Below are positions 39,056 through 48,441 of a stretch of 64,000 nucleotides of DNA, piece after piece; position 1 is the stretch's first letter; each line of letters begins with the position of its first letter. The DNA is from Clostridia bacterium (GTDB taxonomy: Bacteria > Bacillota > Clostridia > Acetivibrionales > JBAZRJ01). The translations under genes and the position numbers were made by a program. The stretch lies in assembly GCA_041662985.1 (NCBI GenBank), contig JBAZRJ010000004.1:2389-66388 (forward strand), read 5' to 3'. The notes under the pieces were generated by a model. That model saw only the letters and a list, made by a program, of their open reading frames with translations, was not told the DNA's origin and did not search any database.

Positions 39056-39976
39056 TCAGTTTCTGTGAAGTAATTTTTTTGTAAAAATTTTGATTTTAAT
39101 CTTTATATCAAGTTTACGGTAGAGTCTTCTGAGTTCATCTTTTACAGACTCGTCGTCCATTGCAAGTCTTTGCATAACCTTGAATTTATTCAAAGTTTTT
39201 GTTTTCCTTACTATTTTGTCGTATTTAAAATATGAGTATGCATTAAGTTCATCCATCATGATGTCGAGGTCACTCATTAAATTCCTCATGCCATTTGCAG
39301 TTGACAAGACTCTTCTTGACCACGATCCGGGAACATCAACCCGGTAAGCCGACATACGTATCGCGCTGTAGTAGGTCTTACCCTGATATCCAAGATACAT
39401 TTCAAGAGGATAGTCTCCAAATGATACATTAGTAAAATCCGGCATCTCGATGATATGTTTTGCGCGGCAAAAAACCGAATTTGTCGCTACAAATCCTCCT
39501 CCACTCTTAAGAATATCCAAAAAACTATAAGTTCTGTCTTTTTTCGACGGACTCATTGGTAAACTAAGGTTTGTTTTATCTACGGACACTCTGTCAGCTG
39601 CATGGACGCACATACTGTACTCGGGATGACTCTCAAGATAGTCGGTCTGTAATTGCAGTTTGGACGGATCAGTCCAATAATCGTCTCCCTCGCAAAATGC
39701 AATGTATTTACCTTTAATCTCCGGAACAATAAATTTCAATATTCTCTCACCTTTAGAATATTGATTTTCTTTTTGAATTATTAGCTTGATGACATCAGGA
39801 TATTTTAAAGAATATTCTCGTATAATGTCGCGAGTTTTGTCTGTTGATGCATCATCATGTATTATTATCTCGAATGTGAAATTTGTTTTTTGCATCAAAA
39901 AACTCTCAATTGCATCTTTTATATAATTTTCCTGGTTATATGCCAGGCAGACAACGCTAACGAGAATTTCTCCCAT
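39056..39976 (-). CDS. Glycosyltransferase family 2
   Basis: VSVVCLAYNQENYIKDAIESFLMQKT, IIIHDDASTD and a CEGDDYW (DXD-type) motif. Confidence 0.85.
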   Translation of the reverse strand: MGEILVSVVCLAYNQENYIKDAIESFLMQKTNFTFEIIIHDDASTDKTRDIIREYSLKYPDVIKLIIQKENQYSKGERILKFIVPEIKGKYIAFCEGDDYWTDPSKLQLQTDYLESHPEYSMCVHAADRVSVDKTNLSLPMSPSKKDRTYSFLDILKSGGGFVATNSVFCRAKHIIEMPDFTNVSFGDYPLEMYLGYQGKTYYSAIRMSAYRVDVPGSWSRRVLSTANGMRNLMSDLDIMMDELNAYSYFKYDKIVRKTKTLNKFKVMQRLAMDDESVKDELRRLYRKLDIKIKIKIFTKKLLHRN

Positions 39977-40646
39977 TTCCGACCCCCATATTATTTATGT
40001 AGTTTGTGGTGTTAATGTACCTCCTGTAAATCTTTTTATGAATATCATCCGGAACAAAAGGCTTACCTTCAAATTCCTTAAACTGAATCACTGAGTCAAG
40101 CCCATCATAGGCTTTTGACGTAAAACAGAGTTTATTTTCAAAATCCAGAGAATCAAACTCCCTAATCAATTCTTCGGTACAAAGATTCTGGTCGTTGAAT
40201 TTTACAATCAATTTATCCCAGTTAATGCGTTTCTTTCTCTTCTCCCATTTCATAAAAGCCTCTTCTTCATCCTTGTAGTGTAGAAAAATCAGTTCAATAT
40301 CGTCTAACACACCTATAGGCATAAAGAGGTCCAGATTATTTTTGACCATATAGTCATAATATTTTGATTCTGTAACCTTTATGAATTTTAGCTTCATATT
40401 GATATACTTTTTAATGTCCTTCAAAAATTTAATATAGTCTTCAGCATAGAAATAAATCCCGATTGTAGGTGATGTGTATTGAAGTCCATAATCCTGGTAT
40501 ACAAACCCAGCCCAGCAGTTATTGCAGATAATTGAGAAATCTTTGTTCTTTCTAATCTGATAGGTTTTGATTTTCCTGCCCGGAAGCAACACCATATCTT
40601 TGGATTTTCTTTTTGCTTTTTTTAAAATTGTTTTTACATCTGACAT
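39957..40646 (-). CDS. DUF1919 domain protein (exopolysaccharide-cluster associated, unknown function)
   Basis: FSIICNNCWAGFVYQDYGLQYTSPTIG matches the DUF1919 N-terminal pattern as I recall it. Strong RBS AAGGAGGA. Confidence 0.65.
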   Translation of the reverse strand: MSDVKTILKKAKRKSKDMVLLPGRKIKTYQIRKNKDFSIICNNCWAGFVYQDYGLQYTSPTIGIYFYAEDYIKFLKDIKKYINMKLKFIKVTESKYYDYMVKNNLDLFMPIGVLDDIELIFLHYKDEEEAFMKWEKRKKRINWDKLIVKFNDQNLCTEELIREFDSLDFENKLCFTSKAYDGLDSVIQFKEFEGKPFVPDDIHKKIYRRYINTTNYINNMGVGNGRNSR

Positions 40647-40666
40647 TTTCAGTCCTCCTTTTATAA

Positions 40667-41767
40667 TTAATGCAATTGGAAAATACTCATAAACGGGAAT
40701 GATTCACTCGAATTATTCAAAACAAATTCAAAATAGAAAATTAAGAGATAGTAAATAATCACCATGGTATATCCTAATATTTTGTTGGATTTCAATTTCA
40801 ATGAATACAATATGAGTGGAATTAGAATTATTTGGCTTATCGTGACATAATATGTTGCTCGTATAGCCCAAATTTGATAGTATCCCAACAGACTCATCGG
40901 AACATACAGAATACTTAGGTTAATAAAAAATCTGTAGTTTGGGTTTAATTTTATAACTTTATTTGCAAATAAAATTGCCGGTGCAACAATCGGAATCGCG
41001 TAAAGAAGATATCCAAATCCAAAATGGCTTATTTCAAAACCATATTTGTCAAGATAACCGCTTATAATCGGAATATTTTTCAAAAGACCAATAAATGAGT
41101 CTATCCAAAGAGTTGATGTAAATATTATAGTCAGATAAACTATCTTCACATAAAAATGTTCAAATCTTATATACCTTAAGAAGTAAAATGCCAGACAGAT
41201 AATCGCGCTCTGATGAAACAACGCTGCAATTATTACCAATATCAAGAACTTAAAAGGTTTCTTCTCCACCACATATTTATATGAAAACAAAATTATCGAA
41301 ACTGCTATCATCTGTCTGACAACGTTGTATGTCGTAAGGTAGAAAATCATATAGAAAATGAACATTGCGACAGGAATTGAAATATGTTTTTTAAAATAAT
41401 CCAAAGTCAATACAATGAAAACCATGGTAATAAATGACGACAGGAAGAAGATGCCCCAGTCCTGCCCAAAAAACAGGAAGTTTGCGATATAATTCAGTAA
41501 TGTAAAAAACGGTTCTCCTGTTTCCTTAATTGCAATAAAGATATTTGTATTTTGAAAAACATGATAATTATTCAGATAGTATCCAAAGTCTGTTCCAATT
41601 CCATTTCTGACCGATGCCAGAAAAACTGTCGGGAGAATTATAATGATGTAGCCAAAAACCCTGACTTTAACTAATTTATGTAATTTAGACAATCTTTTTT
41701 GATAAACCCATGCAAGAAGTATTGATGAAAAAAATGTCAATGAGTAAATTAAAATCGATTCAGCCAC
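40667..41767 (-). CDS. EpsG-family polysaccharide polymerase (Wzy-type)
   Basis: About 10-11 TM segments. RNGIGTDFGYYLNNY is an EpsG-family motif. GTG start 8-10 nt after AGGAGGA. Confidence 0.75.
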   Translation of the reverse strand: MAESILIYSLTFFSSILLAWVYQKRLSKLHKLVKVRVFGYIIIILPTVFLASVRNGIGTDFGYYLNNYHVFQNTNIFIAIKETGEPFFTLLNYIANFLFFGQDWGIFFLSSFITMVFIVLTLDYFKKHISIPVAMFIFYMIFYLTTYNVVRQMIAVSIILFSYKYVVEKKPFKFLILVIIAALFHQSAIICLAFYFLRYIRFEHFYVKIVYLTIIFTSTLWIDSFIGLLKNIPIISGYLDKYGFEISHFGFGYLLYAIPIVAPAILFANKVIKLNPNYRFFINLSILYVPMSLLGYYQIWAIRATYYVTISQIILIPLILYSLKLKSNKILGYTMVIIYYLLIFYFEFVLNNSSESFPFMSIFQLH

Positions 41768-41788
41768 AAGTGTGTTCCTCCTGATTAA

Positions 41789-43021
41789 TTAGTATTGTCC
41801 CTCAAAAAGTTCTCCTACAATTTCGTCTACATATTCTTTCAGGTTGTGTTTTTTTGCAACCTCTCTGCAGTTATTGGAAAGCATTGTAAGTTTTGTATCA
41901 TCAAATATAAGATTTTCTATGGTTTCCAAAAGTTTTTTATAATTTCCGTACTCGACCAGATAACCGGTTTCATCGTCTGTCACTATTTCCGAAAAGCCCC
42001 CCGCATCCTTGAATGCAACGACCGGAGTATAATAATTGAATGCATGTAAAACAACTGACGGATAAGGATCCTCCCGCGATGTCAAAGCCATTACTTCAGA
42101 TGCATCGTATAAAAATGCCAAAGTTTCCGGAGAATCCACAAACCCTGTTTGCACAAGGTTGTTTAACTTCTTAACTCCTAATTTGTGCAAACAATTTTGA
42201 TATATCTCCTGCTGGTTATTTCCAACCCTCATAAATGTAATGTTTTCATTTTTACATAAATGGGCCATGGTGAGAAACATGTCATAGCCTTTTCGTAACG
42301 ATCCAAATCCAACATTAATTATAATCCGGTTACTTATTGGAATTCCATATTTATCTCTCAGATAAACCTTGGCAAGTTTTTTGTCGTATATGTAATTGTC
42401 GACTAGCGGTATTCCCTGTGGTTTGATTGTGTGTCTAGATGTAACCTGGGTGACAGAAAGAAATTTCTTGTATACGTATTCCGATGGAAAAACAACAACA
42501 TCTGAGTATATAGCCAATTCCCGTGCCCTAGCTTCAATATTCAGAGATTTGATTGCATCAGGCAATTCGTGCACTAGTGTTATAACGTTGAACCCGTTTT
42601 GTTTAAGTATCTTAACCAAGTCTCCATTGACTGTTGTGTTACATATAACTTTATTATATCTCATCTCGGACAAATTTTTAACAATTTTACGGAATTTAGC
42701 CTTCGTTCTGAATACAAGCACTCGTCCAATCTCGCTTAGGGTTACAATTAAAGGACCATAACGTCTGCTAATGATTGTAAGGGTTATCCCTTCATCGGCT
42801 AACGTTTTGGCAATGTCCTGCAGCAAAAGGGGTGCACCCTCTTGATTGCAGTCATTTGTGATAAGCACAATTTTTTCGCCGTGGGTATCTGCCTCATCGG
42901 CATTTTTCGTGCTTTTATTTAAATACCGATTATATTTCATTTTTTTCGAATAATCAATCGCAGCAAGTCTTAGCCTGCTAAAATCTGTTGCAATTCTAAA
43001 AGCCATCTTAATTAACCTCAT
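41789..43021 (-). CDS. Glycosyltransferase family 4
   Basis: C-terminal ALTSREDPYPSVVLHAFNYYTPVVAFKDAGGFSEIVTDDETGYLV. Start uncertain (weak RBS). Confidence 0.8.
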   Translation of the reverse strand: MRLIKMAFRIATDFSRLRLAAIDYSKKMKYNRYLNKSTKNADEADTHGEKIVLITNDCNQEGAPLLLQDIAKTLADEGITLTIISRRYGPLIVTLSEIGRVLVFRTKAKFRKIVKNLSEMRYNKVICNTTVNGDLVKILKQNGFNVITLVHELPDAIKSLNIEARARELAIYSDVVVFPSEYVYKKFLSVTQVTSRHTIKPQGIPLVDNYIYDKKLAKVYLRDKYGIPISNRIIINVGFGSLRKGYDMFLTMAHLCKNENITFMRVGNNQQEIYQNCLHKLGVKKLNNLVQTGFVDSPETLAFLYDASEVMALTSREDPYPSVVLHAFNYYTPVVAFKDAGGFSEIVTDDETGYLVEYGNYKKLLETIENLIFDDTKLTMLSNNCREVAKKHNLKEYVDEIVGELFEGQY

Positions 43022-43027
43022 TTTCTG

Positions 43028-43954
43028 TTATTGTATAAACTTTATTGCCTGTATTTTTGAATACTCAATATCAGTTATATGTTCCGGCTGCGGCTTCATC
43101 TTTCTGCCATCCTTAAAACCTATGGCAACGGAACGTAACTTCTTTGCCTTATCGTCTTCATATAAAATTATTGTTAATGCAATTTTTAGGATCCTCATAT
43201 AATTTATAAATCTGATTCTTTTACGATGCTTTCTTTCAGAATATAGTTTGTTACGAACCATGTAATATTTTCTGAAAGCACTGTGATTCATGACATTTAT
43301 CTTCCAAAAAAGAAATCTTCTGACCATAATATGTCCGATTTCATGAAGCACTAAAACTTTATTTGCCACTATAATTTTATAACCATTTTTTACTACTCTC
43401 CTACAGTATTCAAAATCGACTTCATCAATAAACATAACTTCATCAAAGCCGCCTGTTTTTCTCCATATTTTTAAGTTAATCAGAGATGCTGATGTAATGC
43501 ACGCATCGACAAACGTATAATCTCTAAGCTGCGAGTTGGAATTGTTCTCCAATAAGATATTCCTATCACCCGTTTTGTTTTTGTAGTGTCTGTTTCTGTC
43601 GATTATTGCCGGAGAAATTATTGCAAGATTCTCAATCCCCAAATATTTTGAGTATTCATAAATTATATTTTGGGGAGAAACTGAATCCTGGTCAAGTGTC
43701 AAAACCCACTCAGCTCTTTGTTTTTCAGCCTGCTGTGCAATTTGGTTTAAAGCTTTTGCAATTCCAAAATTTTCTGTATTCTTTATTATTGAAATGTTTT
43801 TATATTTTTTAAGTAAATCTTTAATCTCTTTAAAGTTTTTGGAATGATTATCAACACACAAAATCGACTCAACCTGCATGTAAATTGCGTCAATATTTTC
43901 TTTCAACCTTATAACATCAGGATTAAAAAGAACAATTCCTGCAATAATTCCCAT
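43028..43954 (-). CDS. Glycosyltransferase family 2, rhamnosyltransferase-like
   Basis: AGIVLFNPD, LCVDNHS, LTLDQDS and FIDEVDFEYCRR motifs, typical of COG1216-type GT2 rhamnosyltransferases. The rml cassette is nearby. Confidence 0.7.
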   Translation of the reverse strand: MGIIAGIVLFNPDVIRLKENIDAIYMQVESILCVDNHSKNFKEIKDLLKKYKNISIIKNTENFGIAKALNQIAQQAEKQRAEWVLTLDQDSVSPQNIIYEYSKYLGIENLAIISPAIIDRNRHYKNKTGDRNILLENNSNSQLRDYTFVDACITSASLINLKIWRKTGGFDEVMFIDEVDFEYCRRVVKNGYKIIVANKVLVLHEIGHIMVRRFLFWKINVMNHSAFRKYYMVRNKLYSERKHRKRIRFINYMRILKIALTIILYEDDKAKKLRSVAIGFKDGRKMKPQPEHITDIEYSKIQAIKFIQ

Positions 43955-43984
43955 AAAAAATCACCGCCATATCAGCATTAAGAT

Positions 43985-44953
43985 TTAGTAGCACCTCAAA
44001 AGAATTTCAATTTTATTAAGCATATCAATTACAGGGACTCCAAATTTCATATCTTTATTAAACATAAATTTTACAGTTTTTTTGAATGAGTTCTTATATG
44101 TTGACGCTTCATAAAGAAGTGTCAGATTCTCCTTTAAGATGAGATTATAGTGTTCTTTATATATTGTTTCCGCAGTTTTCGACACAAAATTCTTTTTACT
44201 GGTGAATATTTTTAGTTCTCTCGAGAGTCTTTTCCTGATACCTTGCTTCACACCTGTAACATTGTTGCCATGCTGGCGGTATTTAATGTATGAATTCGGA
44301 TCGAAAACAATAGTTCCGCCAACGCTCAAGCAAAGCATGTAAATCCATGCGTCATGGCCAATTCTAACCTTGGAGTTGCTGCTCTTTACAGCTAACCTCA
44401 ATAAAGAATTGTTAAACACCATTGTTGTACCTGAGACATTCGATCTAACCAACGTGCATCCCAGTGAAACATTTTGTCTGCTATAATCTTTAAGACCAAT
44501 TTGATTTAAATTTTCGTCAGTAACCTTAAGGTTTGAAAAATACAATTTATATTCACCGGGATTAATTTCTTCCAATTTTTCTACAGCATTTATCATTTTT
44601 TCAGGTTCCCAAACATCATCCTGATCGCAAAATGCATAGTAGTCGCTTTTATCTTTGCAATATTCTGCAATCTTCAAAAAACTTTCCTGATACCCAACAT
44701 TTTCTCCCACGAAATATTCCAATTTTCCGGCTTTACTGTAACGCTTCAAAATCTCAGGAGTTGTATCAGTAGAACCATCATCTCTTACGGATATTTTAAT
44801 ATCTACACCTTTTTGATTTAAAAGGCTTTCCAATAATTCCACCAGGTATTTTTCGCCATTATATGTAGATAACAGAATCTGTACACTTTTCAAATAGCTC
44901 CGCTCCTTATCTGTGATAATCTGTTGAATATTCTCTCTTTTTCCCATTGACAT
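43985..44953 (-). CDS. Glycosyltransferase family 2
   Basis: ILLSTYNGEKYLVELLESLLNQ, VRDDGSTD and FCDQDDVW motifs. The true start may be TTG 44893 (10 nt after AAGGAG, overlapping the upstream stop as TTGA) rather than ATG 44953, which would give a 64-nt overlap. Confidence 0.8.
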   Translation of the reverse strand: MSMGKRENIQQIITDKERSYLKSVQILLSTYNGEKYLVELLESLLNQKGVDIKISVRDDGSTDTTPEILKRYSKAGKLEYFVGENVGYQESFLKIAEYCKDKSDYYAFCDQDDVWEPEKMINAVEKLEEINPGEYKLYFSNLKVTDENLNQIGLKDYSRQNVSLGCTLVRSNVSGTTMVFNNSLLRLAVKSSNSKVRIGHDAWIYMLCLSVGGTIVFDPNSYIKYRQHGNNVTGVKQGIRKRLSRELKIFTSKKNFVSKTAETIYKEHYNLILKENLTLLYEASTYKNSFKKTVKFMFNKDMKFGVPVIDMLNKIEILLRCY

Positions 44954-45654
44954 GAATACTTTTCCACTATTTTATTAGCGTACTTTCTAATAACTTCAAC
45001 TGAATATTTCTCCGAAAATATTCTGTCTTTTTCGTCAATATATCTTTTTAAATCCGAATTATCGATACTATATCTTTCTCCTCCGGGTACAAGGATAATT
45101 TTTGACTCAGAACAGAGTAAAGATCTAATTTCTTCAGCTATGTCAAGAACCCTTATCTCGTTTGATGGTGAAATGTTTAAAAAATCGCGGTTTGGTGGGA
45201 TTTTGGTCTCAACAACTTTCAATACAATCCTTGAAATATCCTCAACATCCAGAGGATTTCTGAAAGCATCATTCTGAATCAGAATGCGATTGTTTAAATA
45301 AGCGTTTTTTACCAAATTGCTTACCAGTGTATTATTGTTCACAATACCTACAGCCTGCGGTAACCTGAATATATAGTGAGACATGGCAAGATTACGGATT
45401 AGCTGTTCCATTTTTATTTTATGCAGGATATATGGCGTTTTTTCCGACTGCATTATGCTGCATGTCGAAAAGAAAACTATTTTCAGGTTTTTATGCATTT
45501 GCAGAACATCTCTGATGAGGTTTTCTTCTCTGACAAATTCCTCTTCCTTTATTTCTTTCGAATTTGAAACGCCCGATGCTATTATCAAAACATCATCATC
45601 CGTTTTGTTTTTAGAAAACTCTTTTGCCAGTAGTCCGTTACCGACTATAATCAA
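44890..45654 (-). CDS. Atypical SDR / NAD-dependent epimerase-like protein with degenerate cofactor motif
   Basis: N-terminal MIIVGNGLLAKEF replaces GxxGxxG. YILHK (YxxxK) is present. The length and secondary-structure pattern resemble RmlD-like reductases. Function not assignable. Confidence 0.45.
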   Translation of the reverse strand: MIIVGNGLLAKEFSKNKTDDDVLIIASGVSNSKEIKEEEFVREENLIRDVLQMHKNLKIVFFSTCSIMQSEKTPYILHKIKMEQLIRNLAMSHYIFRLPQAVGIVNNNTLVSNLVKNAYLNNRILIQNDAFRNPLDVEDISRIVLKVVETKIPPNRDFLNISPSNEIRVLDIAEEIRSLLCSESKIILVPGGERYSIDNSDLKRYIDEKDRIFSEKYSVEVIRKYANKIVEKYSCQWEKERIFNRLSQIRSGAI

Positions 45655-45678
45655 AATCCATCCCTCCTAAATCATCTC

Positions 45679-46833
45679 CTAGCTTACATAATTCACATAA
45701 ATTTTTCCCATTTCACACATTATATTTTCAATCGAATATTTTTTAATGTGCTCCTGATTGTACCGTCCAAACATTCTTCTTAGCTCTTCTGATCTGTACA
45801 ATTTTTCGACAGAATATGCGAGTTTATCTATATCTTCTATCCCAACAATGTATCCATTTTTACCATTGCTCACCAAATCACGGTTTCCCCTGCAATCGGT
45901 AACTACCAGCGGAAGTCCTGTAGCCATTGCAATCATTACATTGACAGGCAATCCTTCCTGTCTGGAGGATGAAATTGAAACATCGGATAAAGCCATTATT
46001 TTCTCCAGGTCATTTCGATATCCAAGAAAATCGACATATTGCTCCAATCCCAGTTCATTGACGAGTTCACGATATTTTCCTAATGAATCGCCAATTCCAA
46101 CAAGGAGAAGCTTTATATTCGTTATTTTGCCTTTCAACTCCGCAAGTGCTTTTATAATCAAATCCTGATGTTTCCTATAGCTTAATTCTCCTGCGAATAT
46201 AAGTATAAAATCGTCTTCTTTGTATCCGTATTCCTTGCGGAGTTCTTTTTTATTCTCCGATGTATGAGGTTTGTAGACGCTCAAATCAACGCCAACTCCA
46301 TTTACGAGTTTTATATTTCTTGATCTGAATTTTCGATTTACTCTTTTGAAATCTTCCTCATTTGTTGTTATCAGGCAATCCGTACAATGAGCAAGCAACT
46401 TTTCGACCGGATAGTAAATTACCCAGTTAAGAATAGGTGCTCCCTTATAGAAATGAAAGCCATGTGCTGAATAAATTACGGGAGTATTCGAATTGTGAAA
46501 TGCAATCCTTGTAAGTAGTCCTCCTATTGGCGATGAACAATGCACCAATTTATAATTATTTTTCAACATTAGGTTTTTCAATTGCTTGTACGCTTTAATA
46601 TTTGATTTTATATCCGCTATATTTCTCGAAAAATCTACATGATGAAACGGAACATTCATTTTTTTAAGTTCGTCCTTGAATTCCTCTATGCGTTCCTTGG
46701 AACTTGTATTCCCACATTCGAAATTTGCAGCCACCTGCACTTCACAGCCTCTTTTTTTTAACAATTTTATATTCGGCATATTGAATTGGTCAATCATCGA
46801 TGCAACAGATGCAATCATTAAAATCTTATCCAT
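45679..46833 (-). CDS. Glycosyltransferase family 4
   Basis: C-terminal ISSSRQEGLPVNVMIAMATGLPLVVTDCRGNRDLVSNGKNGYIV. ATG overlaps the PGT stop. Confidence 0.85.
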   Translation of the reverse strand: MDKILMIASVASMIDQFNMPNIKLLKKRGCEVQVAANFECGNTSSKERIEEFKDELKKMNVPFHHVDFSRNIADIKSNIKAYKQLKNLMLKNNYKLVHCSSPIGGLLTRIAFHNSNTPVIYSAHGFHFYKGAPILNWVIYYPVEKLLAHCTDCLITTNEEDFKRVNRKFRSRNIKLVNGVGVDLSVYKPHTSENKKELRKEYGYKEDDFILIFAGELSYRKHQDLIIKALAELKGKITNIKLLLVGIGDSLGKYRELVNELGLEQYVDFLGYRNDLEKIMALSDVSISSSRQEGLPVNVMIAMATGLPLVVTDCRGNRDLVSNGKNGYIVGIEDIDKLAYSVEKLYRSEELRRMFGRYNQEHIKKYSIENIMCEMGKIYVNYVS

Positions 46834-47477
46834 TATGAAATCCTCTCCTCAAGATCATCTGTTTCAATCCTTATTTTTTCACATTCTCTTCTATGGTTTC
46901 TTCCTTCAACAAATCCTTCCTGTTTTAGAACAACTGAGAATGTTCTGATAAAGCATTTGAAATCCAGTGAAAGACCCATATTTGCTGCATATTCCCCGTC
47001 AAGTTTTGCTTTTTTGTGAATGTCCAGTTTATCCCTGCCACTTATTTGAGCTAATCCCGTAAGTCCCGGTTTGACACCATTTGCATTGTATTCGTCTCTT
47101 GCGGCAATCAAATCATACTGGTTCCAAAGTGCCGGTCGCGGCCCTATTAATGTCATTTGCCCCATAAGAATGTTTATAAATTGAGGCAATTCGTCCAAAC
47201 TCGTTTTTCTAAGGTATTTCCCGACTCCGGTAACATAAAAAACCGGCTTTTTTAAAAGATGAGTCGGCTTATCTTTTGGTGCATCTGTCTTCATTGTCCG
47301 AAATTTGTACATCAAAAATTTAGATTTATAAATACCAATTCTTTTTTGACGGAAGAAAACCGGACCTTTTGAATCGGCTTTGATTGCTATGATAATCATT
47401 AAAAACAGAGGTAAAATAACTACTAATGCAATCAGTGAAAGAAATACATCGAGTATTCTTTTAATTATTAAATACAT
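46833..47477 (-). CDS. Initiating undecaprenyl-phosphate sugar-phosphate transferase (small PGT; paralog of 28651-29265)
   Basis: TSLDELPQFINILMGQMTLIGPRPAL and KPGLTGLAQISGRD. By-eye alignment shows well over half the residues identical to the other PGT. Confidence 0.9.
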   Translation of the reverse strand: MYLIIKRILDVFLSLIALVVILPLFLMIIIAIKADSKGPVFFRQKRIGIYKSKFLMYKFRTMKTDAPKDKPTHLLKKPVFYVTGVGKYLRKTSLDELPQFINILMGQMTLIGPRPALWNQYDLIAARDEYNANGVKPGLTGLAQISGRDKLDIHKKAKLDGEYAANMGLSLDFKCFIRTFSVVLKQEGFVEGRNHRRECEKIRIETDDLEERIS

Positions 47478-47553
47478 ATCTAAACCTTTCTCACTCTTTC
47501 GATATTATTTACATAATTGATACCCAGGTGCGGACATACCTAAACATCCTTCT

Positions 47554-48399
47554 CTATTTCACGTCAAGATTTTTGAAGGCTTCACGCAAGAGTTTTACTT
47601 CTTTGGCATATCCAGGAAGTTCATTCGGCGTTTCCAGTAAGAAAGGTATATTTTTTAGAGATGGGTGGTTTATTATTCTAACTATTGCCTCAGATCCGAT
47701 TGTACCCTCGCCAATTCGCTGATGGCGATCCTTTCGGCTGTTAAATGGCATCATGCTGTCGTTTAGATGAATTGCTTTAAGCTTGTCCAACCCGATAGTC
47801 TTATCGAATTTTTCCAGCACACCGTCAAAATCATTTACAACATCATATCCCGCACAATATATATGGCAGGTATCCAGGCAAACCCCCATTTTCTCAACAA
47901 GGTTCACTCTTTTTAATATCCGGCTTATTTCCTCAAAACTCGAACCAACTTCAGTTCCCTTTCCGGCCATTGTCTCCAAAAGAACAGTTGTGGTTTGCTC
48001 GGGAAATAAAATGTTGTTTAGGATTTCGATTATGAATTCAATTCCTGCATCAACGCCCTGTCCCATGTGGTTACCGGGATGGAAATTATACAGATTGTCC
48101 GGAAGATGTTCAAGTGTTTTAATATCTTCAAGCATGACAGTTTGCGAGTAGTCCCTCAAATGTTTATGCAAAGCACACGGGTTCATTGTATAGGAGGCGT
48201 GTGCCAGAAGTTTTGCAAATTTATGTTCCCTGCAAAAGTCAATCAGCGCTTTAATGTCTGCTTCATCAACATCCTTGGCACTGTTTCCCCGAGGATTTCT
48301 CGTAAAGTACTGGAAGGTATTCGCGCCGATACTTAACGCTTCTTCACCCATATGTTTGTAACCGTGTGAGGAAGATAAATGACAACCGATATTTAACAT
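47554..48399 (-). CDS. nfo: Deoxyribonuclease IV (endonuclease IV)
   Basis: [37 protein letters not shown] and ETP motifs of the Nfo TIM-barrel family. Confidence 0.9.
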   Translation of the reverse strand: MLNIGCHLSSSHGYKHMGEEALSIGANTFQYFTRNPRGNSAKDVDEADIKALIDFCREHKFAKLLAHASYTMNPCALHKHLRDYSQTVMLEDIKTLEHLPDNLYNFHPGNHMGQGVDAGIEFIIEILNNILFPEQTTTVLLETMAGKGTEVGSSFEEISRILKRVNLVEKMGVCLDTCHIYCAGYDVVNDFDGVLEKFDKTIGLDKLKAIHLNDSMMPFNSRKDRHQRIGEGTIGSEAIVRIINHPSLKNIPFLLETPNELPGYAKEVKLLREAFKNLDVK

Positions 48400-48441
48400 A
48401 TTTAAATCCTCTGTTTTGAAATTATTTTATCATAATCCCGG

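Noticed and set aside
47478-47553. Promoter for the Wzx/Wzy locus in the 76-bp gap after nfo
   Set aside because: A TAATAT -10-like hexamer is present, but there is no acceptable -35 and no terminator after nfo. I cannot say whether the locus has its own promoter or is read through from upstream.
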